In this document: positions 25,641-37,264 of the stretch, piece by piece
Layout: the number at the start of each line of letters is the position of its first letter
Numbering within the stretch: position 1 is the first letter of the stretch
NCBI RefSeq assembly: GCF_006345805.1
Contig: NC_043002.1
Location: forward strand, 33,914,001 to 33,978,000
Length of the DNA stretch: 64,000 nucleotides
DNA from: Octopus sinensis
Taxonomy: Eukaryota
Direction: 5' to 3'
Translations under genes and position numbers: made by a program
The notes under the pieces: model-generated
What the model saw: only the letters and a program-made list of their open reading frames with translations
What the model was told of the DNA's origin: nothing
Databases searched by the model: none

Positions 25641-26121
25641 ATTGTTTTGTCTTGGTATAAAAGATGGGCTACAGCAAATATTCTGCTCAATACCACAGAT
25701 TTGCTTGTCAGTTGTTTGGCCTTAACCAGTTGAGCATGTCCCTTAGTGGCTGACGATATGTGCATCTCTGATCACGAGCAGAAGTAGTGGGGGAGCATCA
25801 TGGCCATGTGTTGAGAGGGATTCTTTGGGGTTTGAATAATTCACCTCTGGAAACATAGGTGTTTCGTTCAACATCCTAAAGCAACCCTTATTCAGGGACC
25901 TTTTGAGCAGGATGGGCTACTCAACCTGAAGAAAATTCTAACTGGGCCCCACCTGCAGGTCATGTGCTGTTTATCTTGATATGAGATCACCATGTCGCGC
26001 ACATATGGTTGTGATGCATGTGCCTGGTGTACCTTATCAGACGGGTAGTCATGATGGGTATATTGGGCTTCGTATATTTTACCCAGTGTCACTTTGATGG
26101 CATGAACTGCTCTCTCACTCA
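25641..26121 (+). mobile_element. ~480-bp non-coding interspersed element embedded in (AAT)n; class unassigned
   Basis: A GC-richer block bounded on both sides by (AAT)n (25560-25640 and 26122-26150), with no convincing ORF. Confidence 0.45.
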
Positions 26122-26150
26122 ATAATAATAATAATATAATAATAATAATA

Positions 26151-27665
26151 AGTTAAGAGTACAACATCACACTAGATAAAACCAATGAATAAAAGAATTA
26201 GACCAAAGCCAAACTTACAATACTTAGGAATCCATGAACTAGATAAGACACAACACACACAAATGAAAGAAAAAATAAAAAAAGAATATTATAGACGAGT
26301 TAGATCAATACTAAAAACAGAGCTCAATGCTAAAAACAAGATAATAGGTATCAACACTTTAGCTGTCCCAGTTATAAGTTACAGCTACAATATCCTTAAC
26401 TGGACACGAAATGAACTGTCCAAAATAGATAGGAAAACAAGAAAAATACTGACAGGATCTAGGATGCATCACCCAAAATCTGACATAGAAAGACTATATA
26501 TACAACGTATAGAAGGTGGTAGAGGCCTTATACAGCTGGAAAACTACTATAAAATAACCACCATAGGACTGCAAAAATATCTACTTCAGAAGGAAGGAAA
26601 ACTGATCCAGATAGCAGCAAAACACGAGCAAAACAAAAAACTGTTCTCAGTATTTAAGGAAGCTGACAAATACAAACAAGAAATCATACCACCTAATAAA
26701 CACGAAGAAGAAGAAGAAGAAGAAGATGATGAAGAAACAACAAAAGCTATAAAACAAATGAAATCCAAACTAAAAATAGAACAGCAACGAACCATGATAA
26801 AACGATGGCAAGAAAAGCCCCTTCATGGTAAATACTGCACTAAACTAAACGCAAAAGAAATAGACAAAGAAAAATCCCAGCAATGGTTGAGAAGCTCAGG
26901 ACTCAAAGCAGAAACAGAGGGATTTTTAATTGCAGCACAAGACCAAAGCCTCCCCACCAGAAATTACCAAAAACATGTAATGAAAAGAAATATTACAAGT
27001 AACTGCAGAATATGTGGAGATGGACAAGAAACAATAAATCATATTATCTCTAGCTGCCCAGTCCTGGCTAAGAAGGAATATATTCACAGACATGACAGAG
27101 CTGGAACCTACATACATTGGAAGCTATGCCAACATTATGGAATAACAACAGAAAAAAGATGGTATAGGCACACACCAGAAAAGGTCACAGAAAACGAGAA
27201 AGCAACCATACTCTGGGATATGCCGATACACACAGATAGAGAAATTAAGGCCAACAGACCAGACATAGTTGTCAGAGATCATGAAGAAAAAAAATGCTTT
27301 CTAATTGATGTATCAATACCGGCAGATGACAACGTGTCTCTAAAAGAAATGGAGAAACTCTCAAAATACAAAGACCTGGAAATAGAGGTAACTAGAATGT
27401 GGAATCTAAAAACAGAAACAATTCCTATCATAGTAGGTGCATTAGGCATGATAAAAAATATTCAGACAAATACATAACAAAAACACCAGACTTACAAACA
27501 CATATAACATACAGAAAATTGCACTACTAGGCACTGCACACATCCTACGCAGAACACTTTCCATACAATAACCATCAGAGCATCACAACAAATCACAGCA
27601 CATACCCAAGGCACACAGAGCTGCGCTCGGTAGTGAAGTGAAAGCACGCTATAAAAATAAAACTA

Positions 27666-27668
<3 letters not shown>
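26151..27668 (+). mobile_element. 5'-truncated R4/Dong-like RLE LINE inserted in (AAT)n
   Basis: Flanked by (AAT)n on both sides. It contains a 430-aa ORF and a 3' UTR ending AAAACTACTG(AAT)n. Confidence 0.9.
26185..27477 (+). CDS. C-terminal part of RT/RLE polyprotein of an R4/Dong-like LINE (truncated, frameshifted near the end)
   Basis: KTELNAKNKIIGINTLAVP, RMHHPKSDIERLY..GGRGL, AAQDQSLPTRNY, CRICGDGQETINHIISSC (CCHC), RHD and NRPDIVV..CFLIDVSIP..EKLSKYKDL (PD-D/ExK). Confidence 0.9.
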   Translation: MNKRIRPKPNLQYLGIHELDKTQHTQMKEKIKKEYYRRVRSILKTELNAKNKIIGINTLAVPVISYSYNILNWTRNELSKIDRKTRKILTGSRMHHPKSDIERLYIQRIEGGRGLIQLENYYKITTIGLQKYLLQKEGKLIQIAAKHEQNKKLFSVFKEADKYKQEIIPPNKHEEEEEEEDDEETTKAIKQMKSKLKIEQQRTMIKRWQEKPLHGKYCTKLNAKEIDKEKSQQWLRSSGLKAETEGFLIAAQDQSLPTRNYQKHVMKRNITSNCRICGDGQETINHIISSCPVLAKKEYIHRHDRAGTYIHWKLCQHYGITTEKRWYRHTPEKVTENEKATILWDMPIHTDREIKANRPDIVVRDHEEKKCFLIDVSIPADDNVSLKEMEKLSKYKDLEIEVTRMWNLKTETIPIIVGALGMIKNIQTNT

Positions 27669-27750
<82 letters not shown>

Positions 27751-27984
27751 GGGAGTATAACTCCAAACTTACAAGGAAAAATTTAATTTAGTATTACATC
27801 AATTTTCACAATATAAATATATAAAATATAAATTAGAGATAAACCACTATTATGCAATTCAAACAATAATAGACATAAACCAAAACCTAAATAACAAATA
27901 AAAAATATTTTTATAAAACATAACTAGATCACAAAAAGTATAAAAATGGCTAAATAATATATAATAAGTAAAAAAGTAAAAAAA

Positions 27985-28084
27985 AACTACGTACGTTTCA
28001 TGGCTATAATTAAATTCGAATTACAATTAAATTTAAATTTAATTGAAATGTATTCAATTTAAAATTATAGTCAATCTTCAGGTT
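27985..28084 (-). ncRNA. Type I hammerhead motif with ~75-nt stem II
   Basis: Minus strand: AAC CUGAAGA uUGaCUAUAAUU...AAUUAUAGcCAu GAA ACGUACGU A GUU. Confidence 0.75.
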
Positions 28085-28785
28085 AACAATGATAGTTAAC
28101 TAAATAAGCAAATAGAGTTAAACAATATTTATTTGAAAAAATAAATAAAATAATAATTTTACTTATAGAAGTGACTCCATTAACTAAATTTGAAACTTAA
28201 AACATTAGGATCAGTTTCCTACAATACATTTATTATGTTAAATATTTAAGGTAAAAAATAGAGTAAATAGATAGAAAAATGTATCTATCTGTGAAGATAT
28301 AATTTAGCTTAAAAAACATTAATAAACTATAGAATATTTTTAATCTAGTTAAACTCTAATATTTAATTACCAAACTATTTAACAAAACAATCACTATTAA
28401 TATTTTTAGATTTTAGTTCGCATATAATATTTATAAAATAATAAATACATAAAAATAAGTATCTAAATTATAATCAACAAATATAATAATTTAAAATCTA
28501 TATTTTTTCTATCAATAAACATATAAACATATAACCAATAAATAAATTAGTCCATTGTTACTTACATAAATATTATAGATATCTTTAGAAAATATTTATG
28601 AAATACAAATTAAAAATTGAAAAATTCCAAATTAAAAACGTATAACCTATCTTTATAAAATACTTAATATTACTATTATTAAAAACATTTTTACGTATCT
28701 AGATCGCAAAGTGACTAACTAATATCTTAAAATTTACATTCAGATGTAATAATTATAAACTAATAATAATTAAATAAATCTACAT

Positions 28786-29200
28786 AGGCGCAGGAGTGGC
28801 TGTGTGGTAAGTAGCTTGCTAAACAACCACATGGTTCCGGGTTCAGTCCCACTGCGTGGCATCTTGGGCAAGTGTCTTCTGCTATAGCCCCGGGCCGACC
28901 AATGCCTTGTGAGTGGATTTGGTAGACGGAAACTGAAAGAAGCCTGTCGCATATATGTATATATATATGTGTGTGTATGTATGTGCGTGTGTTTGTGTGT
29001 CTGTTTGTCCCCCTAGCATTGCTTGACAACCGATGTTGGTGTGTTTACGTCCCCGTCACTTAGCAGTTCGGCAAAAGAGACCGATAGAATAAGTACTGGG
29101 CTTACAAAGAATAAGTCCCGGGGTCGATTTGCTCGACTAAAGGCGGTGCTCCAGCATGGCCGCAGTCAAATGACTGAAACAAGTAAAAGAGTAAAAGAGA
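28786..29200 (+). mobile_element. SINE family A, full length
   Basis: Near-consensus head, body and tail. Confidence 0.9.
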
Positions 29201-29680
29201 GATATCTAAATTATTATTAACAAATAAATAATTATAAATTCATATTTAACAATCAATAGTTATATAGAGTACAATAACATTTCTTAAATAAAAAAGTTTA
29301 CTTAACTCTCAAAAAGCGAATAATATGTTATAATTTCCACTGATTATTTCCTGAGGAATGAAATCACTTGATATGGGAATTCTAGCGCCCATGACAGACG
29401 ATTCTCGTTTGCTATGACCTATGTGTGTGCTTTTATGTTCGAAGCGCCTATATGAAAGAATTGCAAAACGCTAATAACGCAGTATCTAATGTTCTAACGA
29501 GACATCCACGTTAAGCTGGATATAAATATTACCTTTTGGTACTAATACTACTTTCGTCGCTAATGATTAATACATACAGACATGCATGCATTCCTCAGGA
29601 AATCCTCAGTGGAAATTATAACTTATTATTCATGTTTATTTGGATATAAAAATTATCTTTTTGTATGTATGTGTGTATGT

Positions 29681-30376
29681 CTCTTCTATCTTTTTAATTA
29701 TTATAAATCTTCCACTGAGGAAGGAGCCGGTTTCCAACAAAGATACAAGGCTCCATCTTCGGGATGTAGTTAACACTGACAAATTCATATTTGGAACTTG
29801 AGAAAAGTCTTGCATATTTTTGCTGTTCCATTCACAGATTGCACTTGTAATGTACGAATCAGCCGGTCACTTTTTCTTTCTGAAAATCGCAGTTTATCCA
29901 GATTCTCCTTTAAGCATTTACTAACAAAACCTAATGCTCCAATTATTATTGGTATGAATATAGAAGCTGGAGGTTTCGAAGCAGCTGTCCATAGATGTCC
30001 TCTTTTTCTCTGATTTTCAAAGAGATACTTATATCTGTAGGGCAGCTAACCTCTATGATGGTACATACCTTTGCCCCTCTGTCCCAAGCAACTATATCCT
30101 GCTTGTTATGCTCACCTTTGACAGACGTTTTGATGTATGCCTTGAGTTGGTGTTTATGAATGTATTCCATAACAAGGATTTTCTAAGTTTATTTCAGGAC
30201 AGTCTTTTTTGCGGGTGGTATTGTAAATTGTTTTAGCAACAACATCGTACCGCATAGGGAAGTAGTACCGTGAGGACATTTTAGGACAGCTGCTAATCAC
30301 ATGCGTAATGTCTCCCACAGAAGCATGGCATAGCCTACACATGCGGTCACTGTCTCTCGTGTTCTCCAGATACTTT
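29681..30376 (-). mobile_element. R4/Dong-like RLE LINE family 2, 3' fragment flanked by (TATG)n
   Basis: CRLCHASVGDITHVISSCPKMSSRYY..RYDVVA and DIVAWDRGAKVCTIIEVSCPTDISI. The 3' UTR hairpin GAGCC..GAAACCGGCTC is shared with 9360. Confidence 0.85.
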
Positions 30377-30833
30377 GTATGTATGTATGTATCTATGTAT
30401 GCATGTATGTAAGTATGTATGCATGTATGTATATATATATGCATGCATGTACGTATTTATGTATGCATATATATATGAATGTATGTATGCATCAGTTCAT
30501 TTCTCATTCTAATAGTAGTTGGGTGCCTGATGAGATAGACAGCTTGTGTATGACGTAACGCACGAATTATAAGTAAAATAATTTGTTATAGAAACATACG
30601 TAGCAAGGATTTAAATGCAATTGTCCATTCGTCTTCCTTTATTACACATACACGCACGCACACACTCACATAGACACACACACATACATACACCACACAC
30701 ACCACACACACACACATTGTATGTATATACCAAGTGTCAAGACATTTTAAAGCCGTAAATGCTAAGAAATCAATCTGGCTGAGATTACAGGTTATAGGTA
30801 TATATGTATGCATATTATATGCATGTATGTATG

Positions 30834-30873
<40 letters not shown>

Positions 30874-30966
30874 CATACATACATACACATACACACTTAT
30901 TTATATATGTGTGTACGTGTATGTATATGTATGCATGCATGTATCTCTCTCTTTGTCTCTCTCTAG

Positions 30967-31008
<42 letters not shown>

Positions 31009-31523
31009 AGTATGTGTATTACATGATAGCTGTGATAAAATATATTGAACTCTAACACATTGTCATACAATTATAGTGATGTTGTTGCATGTGTATGCAT
31101 GTATGTTAGTGTGTGTGCATATGTACAACTGGGTGTCTATTTATGTGTGTGTGAGTGAGTGGGTGTGGATGCATGTGCACAGATGGTGCAGCTAACTGCA
31201 CTGTCAGAGCACATGACATTTCGTAAAGCAGTTGAACTACAGTGAAATTTACCATTGACATGATTAATTACAGTAATGTCATCAACAACCATACCAAAAA
31301 TCGTAGTTTAGACTGACCAATACCACACGACTATCAAGTCTGACAATCTGGTTTCGCTTCCGGTTTGTAACGATTGTACTCCTCGAATGACGTTGATGCC
31401 CTTGGAAAAGCATGCATATCGCAACTGCCTCTTAAATCTCTGCCCTACAGGACTTAGGCTCGCTGTCTACACTAGGGAAAGTAATGACAAGTCCTGACAA
31501 TAACCAATCTCTCTCTGTGTATA

Positions 31524-31605
<82 letters not shown>

Positions 31606-31655
31606 CTATATATATATATACATATATATAGATAAGTATATATATATATAGGAAG

Positions 31656-31715
<60 letters not shown>

Positions 31716-31729
31716 AAGAGGTTTACGAA

Positions 31730-32200
31730 ACAACAAAAGACGAAGACAGGTAGTGTACAAAGCAAACAGATGTATTAGTACAACGCTCAGGAATAGAAAA
31801 AGTCTTTTACGTTTCGAGCCTACGCTCTTCTACAGAAAGGTACACAGAAAAAACAAGGAGAGAAAAAAATGTGTGTTGTGGCTAACGATCTATCATGGCG
31901 ACTGACTTGGACAGAAGGGTCATACACGAAAAGGAAAGTAGGGGAGATAACAAAGTAAAGATGACCCCCAACACGAAGGTGCGTGTGTGTATAAGAGAGT
32001 ATGTATGTGCGTGTGAAAGAGGGCTGGTGTGCTGGACGTGTGCCTGTATGTATGTGTAGGTGTGAAAATGTGGGGATGGGTGTGTGGGTGGTGTGTTGTG
32101 ATGTGATGCGCAATGTTGTATGGTGTAGTGTGGTGGTGGAGGCGAGAGTGGGGAAAGCAAGGGTGTGGTGTGTGTTCGGCTGATATACATATATACATAC
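31730..32200 (-). repeat. PLE-type pseudo-LTR and 3' remnant
   Basis: An HHR-bearing AT/purine-rich repeat followed by a GT-rich tail like those at 3300 and 15100. Confidence 0.5.
31804..31839 (-). ncRNA. Minimal hammerhead motif, CUGUAGAA core
   Basis: Minus strand: CUUU CUGUAGAA GAGC GUAG GCUC GAA ACGU A AAAG. Stems I and II are perfectly paired. Confidence 0.7.
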
Positions 32201-32488
32201 ACACACATATATATAATATAATATAGATATAGATATATATATTATATTTGACAACTCCACTAGAGTGGACGAAAGCGCTAATATATGATATATGATTTAT
32301 AAAAACATGTAACATACTAATAAAGATCTGTAAATATAAAACCATCCAGATTTCTGAGTACCTCATTTCTTCTAATATATTATATTATATATATATATAC
32401 ATACATATATATATCCATAGCTTTCTATGATGAAAACATATCTACTGATAGAGAATTAAGTCCGGCGTCTGTAGAAGAGGAGTCAGTC

Positions 32489-32536
32489 CTTACTGACGAG
32501 GCAGCGGAAATTGCCGAAAATGACTCTCAGTATAAG
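32489..32536 (+). ncRNA. Type I hammerhead motif with canonical core and one stem III mismatch
   Basis: CUUA CUGACGA GGCA GCGGAAAU UGCC GAA AaUG ACUCU CAGU A UAAG. Position 15.2 is A instead of C. Confidence 0.7.
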
Positions 32537-32918
32537 AAAATTCTCGAACGGGGTTTTCGGACGATTACTGTTCCTGTCAGTATATATGTGTACAATTATG
32601 TGCTTTGAATACAGCATTAGAGCATTTTAGCTCTTATTTCTAGCAATGTAAGTGTTTCTAAAGCCCTATTCCTATTTAGTGACGATTATAATTTTCCTAT
32701 TTGGTGAAACATTGCAGCTGCTGTCTACATTAATATATATATATATATATATAGGAAATAGTGGCACAAAGTACCAATTTTTGCTGGAAATAGCAGCCGA
32801 TAGCCGTTCCTCGCTAGGTAAAGCTTCACTGAAAGTATAGAGGCAAAGATGTGTGCGAGCGGCGAACACAAAAGAATTTACGTCTTACCTCTAAGAAGAA
32901 CACCAGAGAAATGGACAA

Positions 32919-32981
32919 CCTAGTACTCGAGTTTCGGACTTTTCAGGATACGTTTGTTACCGTAAAACTTCGTCGGCTAGG
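32919..32981 (-). ncRNA. Hammerhead motif (CCGACGAA core, ACUCGAGU stem III); sister copy at 33413-33485 on +
   Basis: Minus strand: CCUAG CCGACGAA ... GUCC GAA ACUCGAGU A CUAGG. Stem I is a perfect 5 bp and stem II has a small deletion. Confidence 0.65.
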
Positions 32982-33044
32982 TCCACCGAAATGACTAAAT
33001 TTGAAATATCCGCTACATCAATGCCTGTATACTCGGCCAATTGG

Positions 33045-33240
33045 TTGGTTGGTTGGCATCCTTTCTGTCTCGGGAGACAATGGAGTTGCGCATGAAGTAG
33101 TCTAGTCCGGCTTTTATATTTCATGTCCTGATACATTTCCTCTGTGGCTGTGTAGTCCTATCCTGGACAAACACTCCCTCTGGCAGGTACCGCAAATGTA
33201 GCGAAGACTGTTCCTGGCCAATAAGCCCCAGCAATAAACA
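33045..33240 (-). mobile_element. RTE-clade LINE 3' end
   Basis: The minus strand reads YICGTCQRECLSRIGLHSH (RTE C2H2-like knuckle) and ends GATGCC(AACC)n. Confidence 0.75.
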
Positions 33241-33735
33241 GAATCGAGATCAGTGAAGTTTAATATAAAAATTATAAATATTATTACAATAAAATAGTAT
33301 TATTTACCAGCAAAATAAAGCACCGTAAAGGTTCTGTTTGTGGCTGGGGGCTGTTGGCCGAGTATACAGGCATTGATGTAGCAGATATTTTAAATTTAGT
33401 CTTTTCGGTAGACCTAGCCAACGAAGACCAATCAGTTTTACGATAACAAGCATATTTCTGAATAGTCCGAAACTCGAGTGCTTGGGTGACCATTTCTCTG
33501 GCGTTCTTTCTAGAGGTAAGACGAAAAAATTTTATGTTCGCCGCCCGCACACATCTTTGCCTCTATACATTCAGAGAAGCTTTACCTAGCGTCGAACGTC
33601 ATTCACTGCTATTTCCAGCACAAATTCGTACCTTGTTGTGTCAATATTTCCTGTTTATAATTCTACCTTTACGGTGCTTTATTTCGTTGGAAAATATAAA
33701 ACTATTGCATTGTAATAATATTTATAATTTTTATA

Positions 33736-33897
33736 GATGCAGGAGTGGCTGTGTGGTAAGAAGCTTGCTTCCCAACCATTTATGATTACGGTTTTAGTCC
33801 CACTAAATGGCACCTAGGGCAAGTGTATCCTACTATAGCCTCGGGTTGACCAAAGCCTTATGAGTGGATTTGGTAGACAGAAACCGAAAGAAGCCTG

Positions 33898-33969
<72 letters not shown>

Positions 33970-34180
33970 TATGTGTGTGTCTGTGTTTGTCCCACCACTA
34001 TCGTTTGACAACCGATGTTAGTGTGTTTTACATCCCGTAACTTAGCAGTTTGGCAAAAGAGTCCGATTGAATAAGTACTGGGCTTACAAAGTATAAGCCC
34101 TGGGGTTCTTTTGTTCGACAAAAGGCGATGCTTCAGCATGGCTGAAGTCAAATAACTGAAACAAGTAAATCAATAAAGGA
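33736..34180 (+). mobile_element. SINE family A
   Basis: Head, internal TA tract and tail are present. Confidence 0.85.
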
Positions 34181-34196
34181 ATACACACACACACAC

Positions 34197-34243
<47 letters not shown>

Positions 34244-34837
34244 TGGTAGTAGTTTTAGTAGCCGTAGAAGTTACCATCTCATCTAAAAATGAAATAGAGT
34301 CACCAAACATCCTGCCGCACCATCAATGTTCAAGCAATAATTACATCGCGTTTACTCTATTAAATTACATCCTATCACTTACTTTTTCTAAATAGGGGTT
34401 CATATGATCCCAGCTTCTCTAGCTTCCCTTACTGAAAATCCCCCATCTATTACTGGCAACATTTAAATAATTCACAAAAATGTTGTTGAATGATTAGTGT
34501 TCTCTACCCGCAGATTCACTATTAGCTAGCTGTACGGAACACCCAGCCTAAACGTCTCCGTGTCTATTCGCACCCCTGGAGCCAAATGACCCTTACTAAC
34601 TCTCCAGGCTGTAATATTCAGTATTAATTTCTTAGAAGTTGTAAAGCGGAGATGTTAACTTCATAATTTTAAAAGTGTGTGTCTGGGACTTGAACTACTT
34701 ATATTAACGTTATAATAGACTCCGACATAACAGTGTCATTATGAATTACGCGTTACAATGGACGACACTTGACAGTGATGCATTTCTTTTCTCGATCTTG
34801 CTTTCTTAATTCTTCCTTTTTTTTTATGTATATAGAC

Positions 34838-35250
34838 TGGCGTAGGAGTGGCTGTGCGGTAAGTAGCTTGCTTACGAACCACATGGTTCCGGGGGTTCAG
34901 TCCCACTGCGTGACACCTTGGGCAAAAGTGCCTTCTACTATAGCCTTGGGCCGAGCAAAGCCTTGTGAGTGGATTTGGTAGACGGAAACTGAAAGAAGCC
35001 CGTCGTATATATGTATATGTATGTATGTGTGTGTGTGTATACGTCTGTGTGCCTGTGTTTGTCCCCCCCCCCTCCCCAACATCACTTGACAACCGATGCT
35101 GGCGTGTTTACGTCCCCGTAACTTAGCGGTTCGGCAAAAGGAGACTAGGCTTACAAAGAATAAGTCCTGGGGTCAATTTGCTCGACTAAAGGCGGTGCTC
35201 CAGCATGGCCGCAGTCAAATGACTGAAACAAGTAAAAGAATAAAAGAAGA
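34838..35250 (+). mobile_element. SINE family A
   Basis: Near full length. Confidence 0.88.
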
Positions 35251-35364
35251 AACGCACAGCCGTGTATATGTAGGTACGTATATGTATTTGTGAGTGTGTG
35301 TATGCATACCCGTATATACATGTATGTATAACATACACACAGATATGCATACCTACCTACATAC

Positions 35365-35735
35365 ATAACATTCTTCTATTCTTTTATTTGTTTCAGTCAT
35401 TTGACTGCTGCCTTTAGTAGTACAAATCGATCCCAGGACTTATTCTTTGTAAGCTTAGTACTTATTCTATCGGTGTCTTATCACTAAGTTACGGGGACGT
35501 AAACACACCAGCATCGGTTGTCAAGCGATGGTGGGGGGAACAAACACAGACACATAAACACACACACATACATATATACGACAGGCTTCTTTCAGTTTCC
35601 GACTACCAAATCCACTCACAAATCCACTCATAAGGCCCGAGGCTGCAGTACAGGACACCTAGCCAGTGTGCCATGAAGTGGGACTGAACCTGGAACCATG
35701 TGGTAAGCAAGCTACTTACCACACAACCACTCATG
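35365..35735 (-). mobile_element. SINE family A, inverted relative to the 34838 copy
   Basis: Reverse-complement tail, body and head with small deletions. Confidence 0.82.
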
Positions 35736-35897
35736 CGCCCAACATACATACAAACAAACCTACATATATACACACATGTTATTTTAAATTAAATAATGAA
35801 GGTAGAAATAGGTATCAATCAACATCAATTTTTAACCAGTGGTCTAGCATATTTAAAAAAGAAATCCGAAGATTTAAAAATTATATTACAATTAATT

Positions 35898-36030
35898 AGA
35901 GGAATGACCACTAAAATGGATTCCTAATATGCTAAATGTAGACGTCAAATCGCCTTACCACGAAGCGTGTTCTCAAGATTTGACGTCTATCTTTAGCATA
36001 TTAGGAATCCACTTTAGTGGTCATTCCTCT
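35898..36030. repeat. Near-perfect hairpin (~54-bp arms, ~25-nt loop)
   Basis: AGAGGAATGACCACTAAAATGGATTCCTAATATGCTAAATGTAGACGTCAAATC versus its reverse complement ending CATTCCTCT, with 3 mismatches. Confidence 0.9.
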
Positions 36031-36039
36031 TACTAATTG

Positions 36040-36125
<86 letters not shown>

Positions 36126-36137
36126 CATATGTATATA

Positions 36138-36355
36138 CAGTAATCCCTCGCCATATTGCGGTTCACCTATCACGGTTTATTATTTAAGCTTACGTCGATT
36201 GCTCCGTGATGTTTTGCATTTATAATAAAATAATAAATACAAATTATAAAAATAATGAAAAAATAGACAGTACAGCACTGTTTCTACTTCGCGGATTTTC
36301 ACCTATCGCGGGGTGGTTTTGGAACGTAACACCCACGATACGCGAAGGACTACTG
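36138..36355. mobile_element. Tigger/pogo-type MITE
   Basis: TA^CAGTAATCCCTCG ... CGAAGGACTACTG^TA termini, plus subterminal TCACCTATC.CGG repeats. Confidence 0.75.
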
Positions 36356-36398
36356 TATATATATGAGTGTGTGTGTGTTGTGTGTGTGTGTGGTGTGT

Positions 36399-36432
<34 letters not shown>

Positions 36433-36472
36433 TATATATATATATATATATAATATATATATAGAATATATA

Positions 36473-36503
<31 letters not shown>

Positions 36504-36574
36504 TGGCGTGGGGTTGTATCAAACATGTTGGAACACCGCCGTGAAGAATTTTTGTCGGACGAATCAGCCACACA

Positions 36575-36670
36575 CATACACAAACATACGTACATACGAT
36601 TGGCTTCTTTCAGTTTCCGTCTACCAAATCCACTCACAAAGCTTTGGTCGGTCCTTGGCTATAGCAGAAA
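36575..36670 (-). mobile_element. SINE family A fragment
   Basis: GGCTTCTTTCAGTTTCCGTCTACCAAATCCACTCACAAAGC. Confidence 0.75.
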
Positions 36671-37264
36671 ACCTCATACCACTGCGGGTTCTGAAAAAGG
36701 TCCAGGGTACTGATCAGGCTCCTCTCACTAAGCGATAAGTAAACGTTCTATCACATTGTTGTACTTATGCAATAGCGTAAATATACTACAGACACTTGTA
36801 CTCTCATCATCTTGAAATGTTTTTCAAGTAGAACCAGGGTGTCATACTGTATGATAAAACCGCCTGACGGACAGGACTATGTCTTATACACAGCCCTTTC
36901 GATAACGACTGCCCATTCAGCTATATACATGACAGATTCTGTCCCTCATTACATTACAACGTTCGGCAGCCGTTTTCAACCGGAGCGTAATATAAAGACA
37001 CAGCGTGATGATATACATGTGATGAGGCCGGGCATTCTAATAAATTAAGAATATATTCCGTTGTTAGCTCTCGTTCGATCCCAGGTTATGGCATTAGACA
37101 CTTCCCGAAGATGCCAAGTAGCAGGATCAATCCTGAGACCTTATGGTTGTGAAACGAATTTCTTAATCATTCGGCCATGTATGTATGTATGTATGTATGT
37201 ATGTATGTATGTATGTATGTATGTATGTATGTATGTATGTATGTATGTGTGTATGTATGAGGAA

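Larger units (their letters stand above)
27751..29290 (-). repeat. Extremely AT-rich repeat carrying a hammerhead motif (PLE-related), interrupted by a SINE
   Basis: About 85% AT by eye with no recognisable mitochondrial gene. It contains the HHR motif at 27985-28084, and the AT-rich sequence resumes after the SINE at ~29200. Confidence 0.5.
32752..33734. repeat. Interleaved inverted repeats: A 32752-33040 / A' 33354-33654 and B 33264-33332 / B' 33665-33734
   Basis: Reverse-complement matches read directly, for example GCTACATCAATGCCTGTATACTCGGCCAA versus TTGGCCGAGTATACAGGCATTGATGTAGC. Confidence 0.85.

Noticed and set aside
27751-28785. Nuclear mitochondrial insertion (NUMT), or a ciliate-code ORF
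   Set aside because: No recognisable mitochondrial gene, tRNA or rRNA motif. The scarcity of TGA codons is explained by low G content on that strand, and the region carries a hammerhead motif typical of repeats.
29155-29195. SINE-A tail AGTCAAATGACTGAAACAAGTA as a half hammerhead
   Set aside because: It resembles stem II plus GAAA, but no CUGANGA-like box precedes it and stem III is not self-complementary in any copy.
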